A stretch of DNA of 54,439 nucleotides from a virus (Duplodnaviria; Caudoviricetes), in the IMG/VR virus record IMGVR_UViG_3300034073_002739, positions 1 through 54,439 of that record. One strand, written 5' to 3'. The notes under the pieces are model-generated. The model was not told where the DNA came from. It worked only from the letters and a program-made list of their open reading frames with translations, and ran no database searches. The position numbers were made by a program, and so were the translations under genes. Shown here piece by piece: positions 44,210-54,439 of the stretch. Within the stretch, counting starts at the first letter, position 1. Every line of letters begins with the position of its first letter.

Positions 44210-44931
44210 TTTTCAATAGATTGTTTACTCTTATTTAAATCTGAAAGAAAATTACCACTAAATGTCTGTGATGTTTCTGCGGTTAACAGATTTTGTTGTG
44301 GGTTTTCTTTAGCCAATCTTTGTGCAGTTTTTAGAGGCCCTATAATGTTCATAACTTCAGCAGGTCCAGCACCTGGACTTATCATTTTTGCTCGGTTTTC
44401 TAAGGCAAGCATTAATGATTCTTTTTGATGAGTGTTAACGTTTTGTGTATCAAAAGACCCGTCATCGAGTTCCGCTTTTAATTTAGACCACAAATCTAAT
44501 TCGCGAATTCTATCCTTGGCAACCAACTCCATATTTGATCGGCCATATAGTTTTTGTTCTAGTTCGATTTGAAGTAGTTCTTTTTCAAGTTCATCTATTT
44601 CTTGGTCAATTGCACGCTCAAGTTTTTTGATTTCTACTTCATTTTTGCGATACTCAAACGATAGCTGCATTGTTGTTTCAAAGAATGCGTTTTGTTCGCG
44701 AATACATTGCCAGTATTTTGCTGCTCTAGTAGGAAACTTAGCATCATTCAAAACAGAGACCCGCATTTCGGTCTCTGTTCTAAAGATTTGCTTTTTAGTC
44801 CAAGTATCTTTTAATTCATCCTTTAGTTCTACTAGCTTATCAAAATCATTAGCATCAAGAATATTACTAAGATAATTTTTTTGATTAGCAAAAGTTGGTA
44901 CAATATCACGCAAGTTAGAGGTATTTTTCAT
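44206..44931 (-). CDS. Hypothetical coiled-coil protein
   Basis: 241 aa ORF, QIFRTETEMR.SVL...KYWQC.REQ. Confidence 0.78.
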   Translation of the reverse strand: MKNTSNLRDIVPTFANQKNYLSNILDANDFDKLVELKDELKDTWTKKQIFRTETEMRVSVLNDAKFPTRAAKYWQCIREQNAFFETTMQLSFEYRKNEVEIKKLERAIDQEIDELEKELLQIELEQKLYGRSNMELVAKDRIRELDLWSKLKAELDDGSFDTQNVNTHQKESLMLALENRAKMISPGAGPAEVMNIIGPLKTAQRLAKENPQQNLLTAETSQTFSGNFLSDLNKSKQSIEK

Positions 44932-44943
44932 TTATTTAAAATT

Positions 44944-45231
44944 TTAAGTTGGTAGTGTTACAGAGGTAGGTCTTTCACCAAGTCTAGCAATTTTTTGTTC
45001 GGCGGTTTCGCCTTCTCGAGTGTTACTATCCCAAGCTTGTTGTGCTTGTGATAGTACAATGGCTTGAGCTTCAGCAAGAGTTTTCTCTACTCCGCCAACT
45101 CTGGCAATCCAAGCAGTCATATTATCTGCTACTGCATAAATATCTGCTCCGTGACCGCTCATGTGGCCTAATTCTCTGTCGGCATGAGTAATAAAGCCCT
45201 TGCCTGTGTTTGTTGCTTGTACATATTTCAT
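44944..45231 (-). CDS. Hypothetical protein
   Basis: AAGGA RBS, 95 aa. Confidence 0.75.
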   Translation of the reverse strand: MKYVQATNTGKGFITHADRELGHMSGHGADIYAVADNMTAWIARVGGVEKTLAEAQAIVLSQAQQAWDSNTREGETAEQKIARLGERPTSVTLPT

Positions 45232-45262
45232 GTTATTTCCTTTTGTTTAAAAAACGTAATTA

Positions 45263-48022
45263 TTACGCGGTAAATATAATCTCTTTCCATGAAGTACCAT
45301 CGTGTGCCTCAAATTTTAGAGTATCTTTATTAAAGCGAATATAGCCTTGGGATCCTGTTGTAGTTGGATAGTCAAATGTTTGTAATAACGTATCAGCGTA
45401 TTCTAGAGTTGATCGAGCTACATATTCTTGATTTGACTCCCCTCCGAATATCAAACCCTCTGCAAGAGTTCCGGCTGCTGCAAAGTCACGTCTTTCTTGA
45501 GGTAGGCTACTACGACTAGACCAAGTGGTACCATTGTATGCCTCAACTGAAGCTGTCGAAACAAAGGCAAATCCAATACCACTTACTGCTAGCGCAGCAG
45601 TTTGAGCACCTAGTCCTGCACCACTTGACCTACCTGCAATTAAATTACCACCACTAGACCAAGTGGCACCGTCGTATTCTTCAGTTGTATTAACAGAAAA
45701 ATAGCCACCACCACCAAATGCTAATGCAGCAGTTTGAGTACCTGCTCCTGCAAGATAGCTTCTAGTTTCAATTAAATTACCACCACTAGCCCAAGTGGTA
45801 CCATCGTATTCTTCGGTAAGAACGGTTGCGAATTCAAGAGAAGTAATACCGCCAATTGCTAATGCAGCAGTTTGGGTACCTGCCCCCGCATGTCTTGATC
45901 TACCCGACAATAAATTGCCGCCATAAGTCCAAGTGGTACCGTCGTACTCTTCGGTTGTACCAGAAGGGGGCGAAGTATGTGCGCCACCAAACACTAATCC
46001 GGCAGTTTGGGTACCCGCAGCGGCCGTGTAGTATCTAAATTCATTTAGCAAACCACCCGTAGACCAAGTTGTACCATCATATCCTTCAGAAATAGACGTC
46101 GCCCCACCACCTATTGCTAGTGCAGCGGTTTGAGAGCCTATGCCTGCATGCCCATATCGAGAATAACTTAAACTACCACCAGTAGTCCAGACTCCATAAA
46201 CTTCTGACAAGAGTACTGTTTCAACTGTGGGTACTTTTATCCAGCCGCTAGTGGGAGAGGTATTATCTACTTGTAAATTTCCAGCTAAAACTACAGAACC
46301 ACTAGTAATTAATGGTTTAATACTATTTGTATTTACATCCCCTAGAGCAGTTATATTTTGCTGTACTGTTAGTGATTGATTTGCATTCAGAGCTCCAGCA
46401 ACTGTAAAACTACCAGCAATAGAACCAGAGCCCAATGAGCTTAAAGTGCCGCTAGTAAGGGCACCACTAACAGTCGAATTACCTGTAACAGTTGAATTAC
46501 CTGTAATGGTCGAATTACCTGTAATAGTTGAATTACCTGTAATAGTTGAATTACCTGTAACGGTCGAATTACCTTCTGTTTTTAAATTACCAGCAATAAT
46601 GATAGGAGGTATGTTTCCGTATAAAGAATTGTTTAGTGGTGTTATAGTATTATCAACTATAGCAATGCCATCTAGTAGTAGTGAAGAGCCAAAAATATCA
46701 CTTGCACTTAAATCAGAAGTTAAAACAAGTCTGGGTGTTGTAGTAATTATTTCATCTGTTACCGTGGTAGTTCTAAGAACAGTGCCTAGACTGTATTCTT
46801 CAGTTGATAAATTAAGGCTAGCCCAAGTGGTAGGATTTAAACCACCAAATGCTAATGCATCGGTTTGAGCGCCTGCCCCGCAATGCTGCGCTCTAGCAGC
46901 AAGCATATTATTGCCACTAGACCACAAATTACCATCATACTTTTCCGTTGTGTTGCCGCTCAAGAAGTGACCATAACCACCAAACGCTAATGCGGCGGTT
47001 TGAGTACCTGCTCCTGCATGAGAGTATCTACTTTTAATTAAATTACCACCACTTGACCAAGTGGTACCGTCATATTCTTCGGTTAAGTTTGCACTTAACT
47101 CTCCACCAAAAGATAGTGCAGCGGTTTGAGTGCCTGCTCCTGCGTTAAGCCTAGTAGCTATAATTAAATTACCACCACTTGACCAAGTGGTACCGTCATA
47201 TTCTTCAGTTGTGTTGTACGGCGGCCAATTGTTAGTGCCACCAAACGCTAATGCGGCAGTTTGAGTACCTGCTCCTGCATGGGTCGCTCTAGCTTGAAGT
47301 AAATTACCACCAGTAGACCAAGTAGTACCGTCGTACTCCTCGGTTGAGGTTGTGACCTCAACAACAGGAACAAAAGTCTCCCCACCAAACACTAATGCAG
47401 CAGTTTGAGTACCTGCTGCTGCAGGGATGTATCTAGAATAAATTAAACTACCACCACTTGACCAAGTGGTACCATCATAGTGTTCGCTTGAGCCCCTAGC
47501 ACTAGCCTCACCACCACCTATTGCTAGTGCAGCGGTTTGAGAGCCTGTGCCTGCATGATTAATTCTAGGATTAATCAGATTACCACCAGTAGACCAAATA
47601 TTCTCTAGACTCTCTGTAACAACATCACGATCTAGATAGTTGGTAATGATTGTTTCGCCAGCGGTAAGTGGAATGTCTTCACCAAGATAAAGACCGTTTG
47701 TAAAGTATCCATTATACCAAGGACTATTAACAGAACCTATATCATATATACTTGGTACGCTAGGTATAACATCGCTAGATATTTGTGTAAGGTCTGGAAC
47801 TGCTTGTTCAATATTACCACTACCAAGTATGCTTTCGCCATTAATTGTTTTAATAGTTTGACCACTAATTAATTCTGGCTGTAGTGGTTGACCACCCTGT
47901 GTTACGCCATCCATAACCACAAGGGTATCTTTAGTTAAATCAACAAAGAGTTCACCTTCAGCTCCTGTAGTGGCTAATATTTCAGCAGTAGTGCCTCTTC
48001 TAAATTGTAGAGTTTTTGGCAT
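45263..48022 (-). CDS. Virion fibre-type protein: Mtd-like N-terminus + two Kelch-like repeat blocks
   Basis: LQFRRGTTAE...GAEGELFVD; ~12 repeats of GAGTQTAALAFGG...TEEYDGTTWSSGGNL. Confidence 0.8.
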   Translation of the reverse strand: MPKTLQFRRGTTAEILATTGAEGELFVDLTKDTLVVMDGVTQGGQPLQPELISGQTIKTINGESILGSGNIEQAVPDLTQISSDVIPSVPSIYDIGSVNSPWYNGYFTNGLYLGEDIPLTAGETIITNYLDRDVVTESLENIWSTGGNLINPRINHAGTGSQTAALAIGGGEASARGSSEHYDGTTWSSGGSLIYSRYIPAAAGTQTAALVFGGETFVPVVEVTTSTEEYDGTTWSTGGNLLQARATHAGAGTQTAALAFGGTNNWPPYNTTEEYDGTTWSSGGNLIIATRLNAGAGTQTAALSFGGELSANLTEEYDGTTWSSGGNLIKSRYSHAGAGTQTAALAFGGYGHFLSGNTTEKYDGNLWSSGNNMLAARAQHCGAGAQTDALAFGGLNPTTWASLNLSTEEYSLGTVLRTTTVTDEIITTTPRLVLTSDLSASDIFGSSLLLDGIAIVDNTITPLNNSLYGNIPPIIIAGNLKTEGNSTVTGNSTITGNSTITGNSTITGNSTVTGNSTVSGALTSGTLSSLGSGSIAGSFTVAGALNANQSLTVQQNITALGDVNTNSIKPLITSGSVVLAGNLQVDNTSPTSGWIKVPTVETVLLSEVYGVWTTGGSLSYSRYGHAGIGSQTAALAIGGGATSISEGYDGTTWSTGGLLNEFRYYTAAAGTQTAGLVFGGAHTSPPSGTTEEYDGTTWTYGGNLLSGRSRHAGAGTQTAALAIGGITSLEFATVLTEEYDGTTWASGGNLIETRSYLAGAGTQTAALAFGGGGYFSVNTTEEYDGATWSSGGNLIAGRSSGAGLGAQTAALAVSGIGFAFVSTASVEAYNGTTWSSRSSLPQERRDFAAAGTLAEGLIFGGESNQEYVARSTLEYADTLLQTFDYPTTTGSQGYIRFNKDTLKFEAHDGTSWKEIIFTA
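46474..46574. repeat. 18-nt tandem repeat (GNSTIT/GNSTVT)
   Basis: GAATTACCTGTAA units at 18-nt period, about six copies. Confidence 0.85.
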
Positions 48023-48064
48023 TTCAGTATTTCCTAATTGGGTTTATCTATTACTTATAATTTG

Positions 48065-48682
48065 TTAATTCATTAGATCAACGATTCCAGTACCCGATAT
48101 TAAATCTTCAGTATCTGATTGACTCATTAAATCACCAGACAAATCACTAATAGTTGTATTGCCAGTGTTAGCTAGGAGTGTTCGGGTAAATACTAAGCTG
48201 CTAGTTTCGTGAGCTTGTGCAGGAGTAAATTTTAATCTAACTTGACCAGACACAATATCTGCGGTGAAAACTCCAGAAGATTCTGAAACAGTTATGTCAT
48301 TTGTTTTTAATACATATGCAGTAGTCCCATTATGCAATACGGAAATTTCACATATGTGATAAGTAATTGATGTAGTTACTTGTACTTGATAGCGACAGCT
48401 TCTGTATTGAGAAGCTAAAAATTCATCAACTACGGCAGTACTAGTGCCAATATGATTATATGTTTTAGAGTCTATTCTGTAATTAGAATTAGATAAATAA
48501 TCTGTAGAAGCTTGGCTACTGTTGCCAGATATTTGTTGTATTTGATTATTACTAGACTTATAGTAGAGTATACCAGCTGCATAATTTAAGGCAAGTTCAC
48601 CATATTCTAAATCTTGGGGTTGGGGTGCTTTAGGCACGCCATCTTCAATAACCGAAGATTTTTTAAGTATTATCTTGGACAT
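48065..48682 (-). CDS. Virion structural protein
   Basis: IILKKSS...P...L.YGELALNYA.G.LYYK; YRSC.YQVQV domain. Confidence 0.72.
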   Translation of the reverse strand: MSKIILKKSSVIEDGVPKAPQPQDLEYGELALNYAAGILYYKSSNNQIQQISGNSSQASTDYLSNSNYRIDSKTYNHIGTSTAVVDEFLASQYRSCRYQVQVTTSITYHICEISVLHNGTTAYVLKTNDITVSESSGVFTADIVSGQVRLKFTPAQAHETSSLVFTRTLLANTGNTTISDLSGDLMSQSDTEDLISGTGIVDLMN

Positions 48683-48742
48683 TTTTAATAGACCCTAAAA
48701 AGGAGTTTTAATAACAAGTAAAAACTTGTTAATTTTTATAGC

Positions 48743-50119
48743 TTAATAAGTTCCGCCATCTACAGTAGCTATACTTACCCAACCAGCATCTACTATAAAG
48801 TTTGCACTATCAAACTTTGCTAAGCCTAATGTAGCCGCTCCACTAGTTGCGGCTGCAGTTGCAATTGAAATTGGTGTTGTACTTACTGCAGTTACTAAAC
48901 CTTTGGCATTAACAGTTACTGTGGGTACATTATAGCCATCACCAAATGCACCAGGATTTGCATTAACAGTAGCTAGAGTAATTGCGGCATCTACTGCAGC
49001 ACTACCATTAACTCCAGTAAACGTAGCTGTTGCATCTCCACTAATAGTAAGATCACGGGCAGTCTGCCAAGTAGTTGCTGTTGTAGCATTGCCATTTAGT
49101 GCGGCTGTAATAATACCAGCACTAAAATCTCCACTAGCATCTCTAGCAACTATTTTGCTAGCTGTATTAGCAGAAGTTGCATCTACTGACCAAGTACGTG
49201 CTGTAGTTCCGTCAAAAGCATCGCCTATTAAATATGTTCCAGCACTATGGCTATTAGAAACATTAGTAGCAGTTCCATATACTCTGGCAACATTTAAATC
49301 TTTATTTAAATTCCAGCGATTATCGGCACTAGTATAAGTAAGTGTTGCGGGAATCTCAGGACCAGTTACTGTTATACCAGCTCCATTTGCTTCGGCAGCT
49401 GTCGTGGCATCTTTAGCTAATTCAAGATTAAGATCAGTAATTGCAACTGTTGTACTATTTACTGTAGTAGTAGTTCCACTAACAGTAAGATTACCGGTAA
49501 TTGTAGCATTACCAGTAACACTAATATTAGTAGATGTAATATCATCACTGTTTAGTGTGCCGTTTACTGTAACATTATTAAATGTTACGTTACTTGTAGT
49601 ACTTACATCTTGACCAATACTAATTGTAGTAGTATTACCTTCATCATTATTAGTAACTGTAACACCAGTTCCTGCTATAACAGCACCACCTACTATATCA
49701 TATATAAATTCAGCAAGACTAGTATCAGTATCCGGCCAAATATTACTAATAATAGTTTTACCACTACCATTTGGCGTAATTAAAATATTGCCGTTTTCAT
49801 CTGTGCTGGTAAGTGCGTTACCGTCTAGACGAAGATTATCTACATTAAATTGATTAATTTTTGAATCGGCATCTACTATTAGTGCCGAACTAGCAGTCAA
49901 TGTACCACGTGCGTGGTCTAACATATCTGTAAAGTACTTACCACCAATTACTACGTGATTTACAGCATTGCCATTAGTTTCGGTACCCGTACCGATATAT
50001 AAACGATCACCGCCATTTGAACCATTGTCCAATAATCCAGAGTAGGCTAATTCGCCTGCAGCTAGAACAGTTGGATTTCCAGCTACCTCTGAACGTTTAA
50101 TTCTAATAATAGAAGCCAT
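48743..50119 (-). CDS. Tail fibre-like protein
   Basis: IRIKRS...L.AGELAYS; GNLTVSGTTTTVNST; TVTVNAKGLVT; ends DGGTY. Confidence 0.8.
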   Translation of the reverse strand: MASIIRIKRSEVAGNPTVLAAGELAYSGLLDNGSNGGDRLYIGTGTETNGNAVNHVVIGGKYFTDMLDHARGTLTASSALIVDADSKINQFNVDNLRLDGNALTSTDENGNILITPNGSGKTIISNIWPDTDTSLAEFIYDIVGGAVIAGTGVTVTNNDEGNTTTISIGQDVSTTSNVTFNNVTVNGTLNSDDITSTNISVTGNATITGNLTVSGTTTTVNSTTVAITDLNLELAKDATTAAEANGAGITVTGPEIPATLTYTSADNRWNLNKDLNVARVYGTATNVSNSHSAGTYLIGDAFDGTTARTWSVDATSANTASKIVARDASGDFSAGIITAALNGNATTATTWQTARDLTISGDATATFTGVNGSAAVDAAITLATVNANPGAFGDGYNVPTVTVNAKGLVTAVSTTPISIATAAATSGAATLGLAKFDSANFIVDAGWVSIATVDGGTY

Positions 50120-50130
50120 TTTTGTCCCTT

Positions 50131-50367
50131 TTAATATTGTCCGGAATCAATTATTTGTTGATTCATTAAGGTAGTTGAAATCCATTTTTGAGTTTGTGCA
50201 TTGTATACCAAGATACTTCCTGCATTTAAAGATGTTACGTCAACATCTTCTAGTGCATTTATAGTGCTTTTTCCAGGAGGTCCCATAATGCCGGTAACAA
50301 TAGTTTTTGGCATTTGTGTATTTATTACTACTGTATTATTTTTTTCTGTTACTATGGCTTGTGTCAT
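50131..50367 (-). CDS. Small structural protein
   Basis: GPPG...L.DVD...GSILVYN...KW, ends IDSGQY. Confidence 0.7.
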   Translation of the reverse strand: MTQAIVTEKNNTVVINTQMPKTIVTGIMGPPGKSTINALEDVDVTSLNAGSILVYNAQTQKWISTTLMNQQIIDSGQY

Positions 50368-50963
50368 CTGGTAATCTCCTTGACAAGAACAAGATTACCT
50401 TGTAAAAACGGTACTACTACTCCTGCATTTGTAAATAGTTCCATTGAATACACTGCAGTTTCAAATGTAAACAATTCAGTAGCTGAAGCAGGTATAGTTA
50501 ATTCAATGGTTTTATATGTTTGATCTAGTACAATTTGACCATTCTGTGTGGTTGCTTCATGTAAAACCTGTGTACTATCTACTGATTCACGAATTTGCAT
50601 ACGTGCTGAATAGCCTGTTAAGTCTACCCAGTCGTTATATTCTACAACTCCGCCACTGGTATATTGTGTATAACCTAAACTATTTACTTGATTTATTGTG
50701 ATTTGGGTGTTGTTAACTAAAGTAGCTAAATAGTAGCTATCTTCGCTTTGAGAATTAATTTCTTTCATTCCGCCAGCACCTACTACACGAAATCTCCAAC
50801 TACTTGGCATTTGTAGAGCAGTTTGAGTAGTTATTATACAAGGAGCACTTTTAGAAATATTTGCGATAGGTACGTAAACTTTTGTTTCCGATTCCCACCT
50901 GTAGGTTTCTTTAAATGTAGCACCTTGATATACTTTATAATTAATTTTAGCTGGTTGTTGCAT
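50364..50963 (-). CDS. Baseplate/fibre adaptor-like structural protein
   Basis: YQGATF...DLTGYSARMQIR...AVYSMEL...QG...V.KEITR. Confidence 0.72.
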   Translation of the reverse strand: MQQPAKINYKVYQGATFKETYRWESETKVYVPIANISKSAPCIITTQTALQMPSSWRFRVVGAGGMKEINSQSEDSYYLATLVNNTQITINQVNSLGYTQYTSGGVVEYNDWVDLTGYSARMQIRESVDSTQVLHEATTQNGQIVLDQTYKTIELTIPASATELFTFETAVYSMELFTNAGVVVPFLQGNLVLVKEITR

Positions 50964-51300
50964 CTGGTGGCACTCCTTGTTTAGCTATGCGTTTAAATAT
51001 GCCAACTTCATTTGTTAGTGCAACTACCTCTACCTGTAGTCGTTGATTTTCTACAGTAAGTTTTTCTAGTTCGCGATTAAGAGCTATAATTTGATCGTGT
51101 AACCTACCAAGTTCTTGACTTAGTTTTGTATTCTGCTCACTCATGCGCTCTATTTCTCTGTGCATGATTTGAATAATCCCAGACTCAGCTTGGGTTGCCT
51201 TCCAACCTTTCATTAGCTGCTGGATGCCAAAAAATGCGGCTACAACGGCTAGTGCTATCATTCCCAAGACTTGAATTAAGGGGTCTATATTTTCTGGCAT
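50947..51300 (-). CDS. Single-TM coiled-coil protein
   Basis: GGAGG RBS before ATG 51300; TM then leucine heptads. Confidence 0.72.
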   Translation of the reverse strand: MPENIDPLIQVLGMIALAVVAAFFGIQQLMKGWKATQAESGIIQIMHREIERMSEQNTKLSQELGRLHDQIIALNRELEKLTVENQRLQVEVVALTNEVGIFKRIAKQGVPPDATTS

Positions 51301-51379
51301 TGTTTCCTCCAAAATTTGGCTAGCAGCCCGTACTATGTATAACGAAAAAATTAGGGCTTTAAAACTATTATTTTCAACT

Positions 51380-51408
51380 ATTGTAACATAAAGGCAAGAA
51401 TTTGTCAA
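51380..51408 (-). promoter_or_regulatory. Sigma70-type promoter (minus strand)
   Basis: TTGACA-17-TACAAT with TG extension. Confidence 0.75.
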
Positions 51409-51411
51409 TGT

Positions 51412-51448
51412 AAAAAATAACCGCCCCTAAACTGGGGCGGTTATTTTT
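51412..51448 (-). terminator. Intrinsic terminator (bidirectional form)
   Basis: AAAAATAACCGCCCC/GGGGCGGTTATTTTT. Confidence 0.82.
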
Positions 51449-51869
51449 AATTAGGAGTAACAGGCCAAGTTATGTTAAATGGATCAGCTTGATTAGTTAC
51501 ATCGCGTAACTGTTGTCTGTATGTAGCCCATAATTCTTTTGTTTGTATGGGTACATCAGGAAGCTGGGTCCAATCTGATTGTTGTAGTAATTGATTTCTT
51601 TGCTTTCTTATTTGATGCCATTTTTCACTTAATATTTGTTCTTGAGTTCTAGGATCTACCCATTGCTCAAGTTGAGGGTCAAAACTATGAAATTCTGTAG
51701 GAGGCTCTGGCCTAGAAGTTATTTGTCCGTTTTTTACCCAGTTGGTAATATCATTATACTTACCTTGTAAGTAAGCTTCGTTTGTTTGTAATTGAAGCTC
51801 TATATCTTGAACAGTTTCAATAATCCTTAAAATTTCACCGGATTGTGTATTATAAATAGTATACGTCAT
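51447..51869 (-). CDS. Tail fibre assembly chaperone
   Basis: [18 protein letters not shown]...WA.YRQ.LRD...WP..P. Confidence 0.88.
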   Translation of the reverse strand: MTYTIYNTQSGEILRIIETVQDIELQLQTNEAYLQGKYNDITNWVKNGQITSRPEPPTEFHSFDPQLEQWVDPRTQEQILSEKWHQIRKQRNQLLQQSDWTQLPDVPIQTKELWATYRQQLRDVTNQADPFNITWPVTPN

Positions 51870-54439
51870 TTTTTAGTCTCAATAACAAACATAGAACGAA
51901 TAGAAACTCCAGGTTGATTACTACCATAGTTTACATTATTAGCAGACCTTCCTTGTAATTTATAAGTATATGTTCCAGCACTAGGCGTTTCAGAATAAGA
52001 ACCAATAGGGGTTGTACTTAAATTTACTAATTCTGTTGTATCTCGTATAAGCCTAAATAAAGGAGGATCAATAATATCTTGATCACCTGAAGAATATTGT
52101 CCTGTTTTTGGAAGGGCTGAAAATGCAATATATACTCGCTGACCTGTAGTAGTAAATGTAATTGTTTGTACATCTTGCCAAGCTGTATTATTGCTAGGAA
52201 AAGATTGTAATCCGCTAGTATATGCACTTGCAGATACTGTAACTGCATTATTTGCTATTTTAATAGTATTAACTTCTAAGTCTCCAATCTTTGCTGAAGT
52301 AATAGCTGCAGTACCAATTTTAGCAGCTGTAATAGCTGCATCTGCAATTTTTGCTGAAGTAATAGCGGCGGATGCAATTTTTGCATCTGTAATAGCGGCG
52401 GATGCAATTTTTGCAGTTGTTATAGCTGCATCTTCAATTTTTGCGCTGGTAATACTGGCGGATTCTATAGCAGCAGAATTAATATACACTATACCATTAT
52501 TAACAATAAAGGGTACAGTTGTTTTACCTACTTTAATTGTTCCTGATCCAGGAGTAGTCAAACTACTAGAAACTGTAAAAGTAAACTGTGTTGTATTAAT
52601 AACTGTTGCAACAGTATATGAACCGTTCCAATTAGTATCATTAGTAACACCACGTATAGTAAAAGTATCACCAGCAACTAATCCATGTGAAGTAGCTGTT
52701 ATTATTGTTGCAGTTGTACTACTACGTGTTAGCTGTGTAACAGAAACTAAATTTACTCCTGGATTAACTATACTAAATTTATCTGCACGAATATCAAAAC
52801 TGGATGAGGTGGTGCCATTTACAGTTTCACTAGCTAATCCAAACCCACTAGTAAATCCATTTGTATCTACTTTTACAGTATACTGTGCAAAAAGATCTCC
52901 GGTTTCACTTACTCTAGTATTTATTTCTTGTTGTACTGTGGCCGATAAATCTTCAACTGTGGCCGATAACTCTTCAACCTCTGATACATCATATATAGTA
53001 AAATCTTGAATAAGCCAACCTCTACTATACCCGTTACCTGAAGTTGCTGGATATAGTGCTTGATCTAAAAATTCTGGTTTAAAATATTTGCTTGTAGTAT
53101 TATAAACATAAGGTTCTGTAACTGCCCAAATATCAAAATTAGAACCACTTGAATTAGATTGAATAAATCTTAATAGTACACCATTTAGTGTTTTTGCATT
53201 TGTAGGTACTGCAAAGATTTTTTCAGTCCATATATTACTAGTAGTATCTTCTGTGCTTACACTAGTCATATTAATCCAAGTACTTCCATTATTGGTTGAA
53301 TACTGTAATAGTAAATCTTCACCCAAATCTGGTGACTCTCCCCACCCGCCTCCTCCTTTATTAAAATTAAAAGCTAAAAAATTAACTGCATTTAAGTAAA
53401 TATATCTAGGTATATAGATACTTCTAGTAGAGGGAAATGAATTAGCGGTAATCCAAATTGGCGTATTACTAGATACTAAACCATTAGTACTCATTCCAAC
53501 TACACTTTGTGGAGTAGTTACTAATGTACCGGTGCTTATATTAACATTTGGTTCGGAAAATTTAAAAACTTTAAATGTAGAAGTTAACCAATCTTCTTCT
53601 TCCCATATATAGCTATATTCTCCCCAAGTTGAGGCTCCATACGTATTTATATGTTCTTGTTGTGTTACAAGTGGTTTAAAATTACCACTAGGTAAACCTG
53701 CAGTAGTTAAAGTATCAGTATATTGTCTAAGATTAAAATATAAAGGCATCGTAAAAGTAGTTGTTCCAGCGTCATCTGGTTTTGCCCAAAATTTTACTTT
53801 ATATTTCTTTTTTGAATTTAAAGGTATAAAATTATCTTGAGTAGCATTTGGTGCAGTACCAAATAATTTTAAAGCCGTTTGCCCTGATATTCCGTTAGAA
53901 ATAGTAACTATTTGATTAGATATATTTGACCATTGATCAACTGGCAAACCTAATGATGTGTTTCTAATAATTGATTGAACTTGTGTTAAACTAGTAGCAG
54001 ACGATGTAGCCGAACCGCTAGCAGCAGTAGCTGAAGCTGCTGCATTAGTAGCTGAAACGCTGGCTGAAGTAGCTGAGGTTTCTGCAGCTACTTTAGAAGT
54101 TTCGCTTGCTGTAGCTGACTCTCCTGCAGCAGTAGCTGAAGCTGCTGCATTAGTAGCTGAAGTACTAGCAGCTGTAGCTGAAGCACCTGCTGCATTAGCA
54201 GCTGTAACAGCTGTGGTAGCTGAAGTACTAGCTTGTGTAGCTGAACCGCTAGCATTAGTAGCTGAGGTAGCTGCTTGAGTAGCTGAAACACTAGCTTCAC
54301 CTGCTGCAGTTACTGCAGCTACTTTAGAAGTTTCGCTTGCTGTAGCTGACTCTCCTGCAGCAGTAGCTGAAGCTGCTGCATTAGTAGCTGAAGTACTAGC
54401 AGCTGTAGCTGAAGCACCTGCTGCATTAGCAGCTGTAAC
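51866..54439 (-). CDS. Large tail fibre/tail tip protein, 5'-truncated by window edge
   Basis: Frame stays open upstream of the TTG at 53947 into Ala/Ser/Thr repeats; [15 protein letters not shown]...F.IRADKF (DUF1983-like), PFIV.NG.VYI, AITSAKI repeats. Confidence 0.85.
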   Translation of the reverse strand, partial: VTAANAAGASATAASTSATNAAASATAAGESATASETSKVAAVTAAGEASVSATQAATSATNASGSATQASTSATTAVTAANAAGASATAASTSATNAAASATAAGESATASETSKVAAETSATSASVSATNAAASATAASGSATSSATSLTQVQSIIRNTSLGLPVDQWSNISNQIVTISNGISGQTALKLFGTAPNATQDNFIPLNSKKKYKVKFWAKPDDAGTTTFTMPLYFNLRQYTDTLTTAGLPSGNFKPLVTQQEHINTYGASTWGEYSYIWEEEDWLTSTFKVFKFSEPNVNISTGTLVTTPQSVVGMSTNGLVSSNTPIWITANSFPSTRSIYIPRYIYLNAVNFLAFNFNKGGGGWGESPDLGEDLLLQYSTNNGSTWINMTSVSTEDTTSNIWTEKIFAVPTNAKTLNGVLLRFIQSNSSGSNFDIWAVTEPYVYNTTSKYFKPEFLDQALYPATSGNGYSRGWLIQDFTIYDVSEVEELSATVEDLSATVQQEINTRVSETGDLFAQYTVKVDTNGFTSGFGLASETVNGTTSSSFDIRADKFSIVNPGVNLVSVTQLTRSSTTATIITATSHGLVAGDTFTIRGVTNDTNWNGSYTVATVINTTQFTFTVSSSLTTPGSGTIKVGKTTVPFIVNNGIVYINSAAIESASITSAKIEDAAITTAKIASAAITDAKIASAAITSAKIADAAITAAKIGTAAITSAKIGDLEVNTIKIANNAVTVSASAYTSGLQSFPSNNTAWQDVQTITFTTTGQRVYIAFSALPKTGQYSSGDQDIIDPPLFRLIRDTTELVNLSTTPIGSYSETPSAGTYTYKLQGRSANNVNYGSNQPGVSIRSMFVIETKK
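54082..54439. repeat. Exact 127-nt direct repeat, 231-nt period, in tail fibre gene
   Basis: 54082-54208 identical to 54313-54439 (second copy runs to window end). Confidence 0.85.

Noticed and set aside
45263-48022. Diversity-generating retroelement target (Mtd-like N-terminus)
   Set aside because: No RT or adenine-specific TR/VR pair seen; the Mtd-like segment is a common fibre anchor
46446-53009. Plus-strand ORFs 46446..46868 and 52191..53009
   Set aside because: Antisense shadows of repetitive minus-strand fibre genes
54088-54300. Gln/Leu-rich 70-aa minus ORF
   Set aside because: Alternative frame of the Ala-rich repeat in the tail fibre gene

Overview
Window from a lytic T5-like (Demerecviridae-type) tailed phage that probably infects a Gram-negative proteobacterium (spanins, sigma70 promoters, ssrA tag ending ALAA). 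It has three parts. (1) 1-13.7 kb, + strand: a tRNA-rich accessory region with 22 tRNA genes, a circularly permuted two-piece tmRNA, many small genes (HNH endonuclease, rubrerythrin/rubredoxin, Hsp20, C5 methyltransferase, YkuK RNase H-like, Lar, stand-alone Xre/MbcA-type antitoxin domain) and many unannotated structured RNAs. (2) 13.7-36 kb, + strand: T5-syntenic replication module (split NAD ligase, D5, helicase, primase, family A polymerase, D10-D15, dUTPase, class II RNR); the polymerase and RNR genes each carry a group I intron with a LAGLIDADG ORF. (3) 36-54.4 kb, - strand: PhoH, lysis cassette, sugar-modification genes and tail/fibre genes. The most unusual signal is a family of RNA cassettes closed by 14-20 bp CCATA...TATGG stems that mostly start on a tRNA 3' CCA, each enclosing a different structured cargo, with an architecture resembling the intervening segment of the permuted tmRNA. 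A second signal is several genes whose stop codons lie inside the 5' end of a tRNA, so tRNA processing would create non-stop mRNAs in a phage carrying its own tmRNA. All structures were paired by eye and all protein calls come from recalled motifs and synteny; no searches were run.
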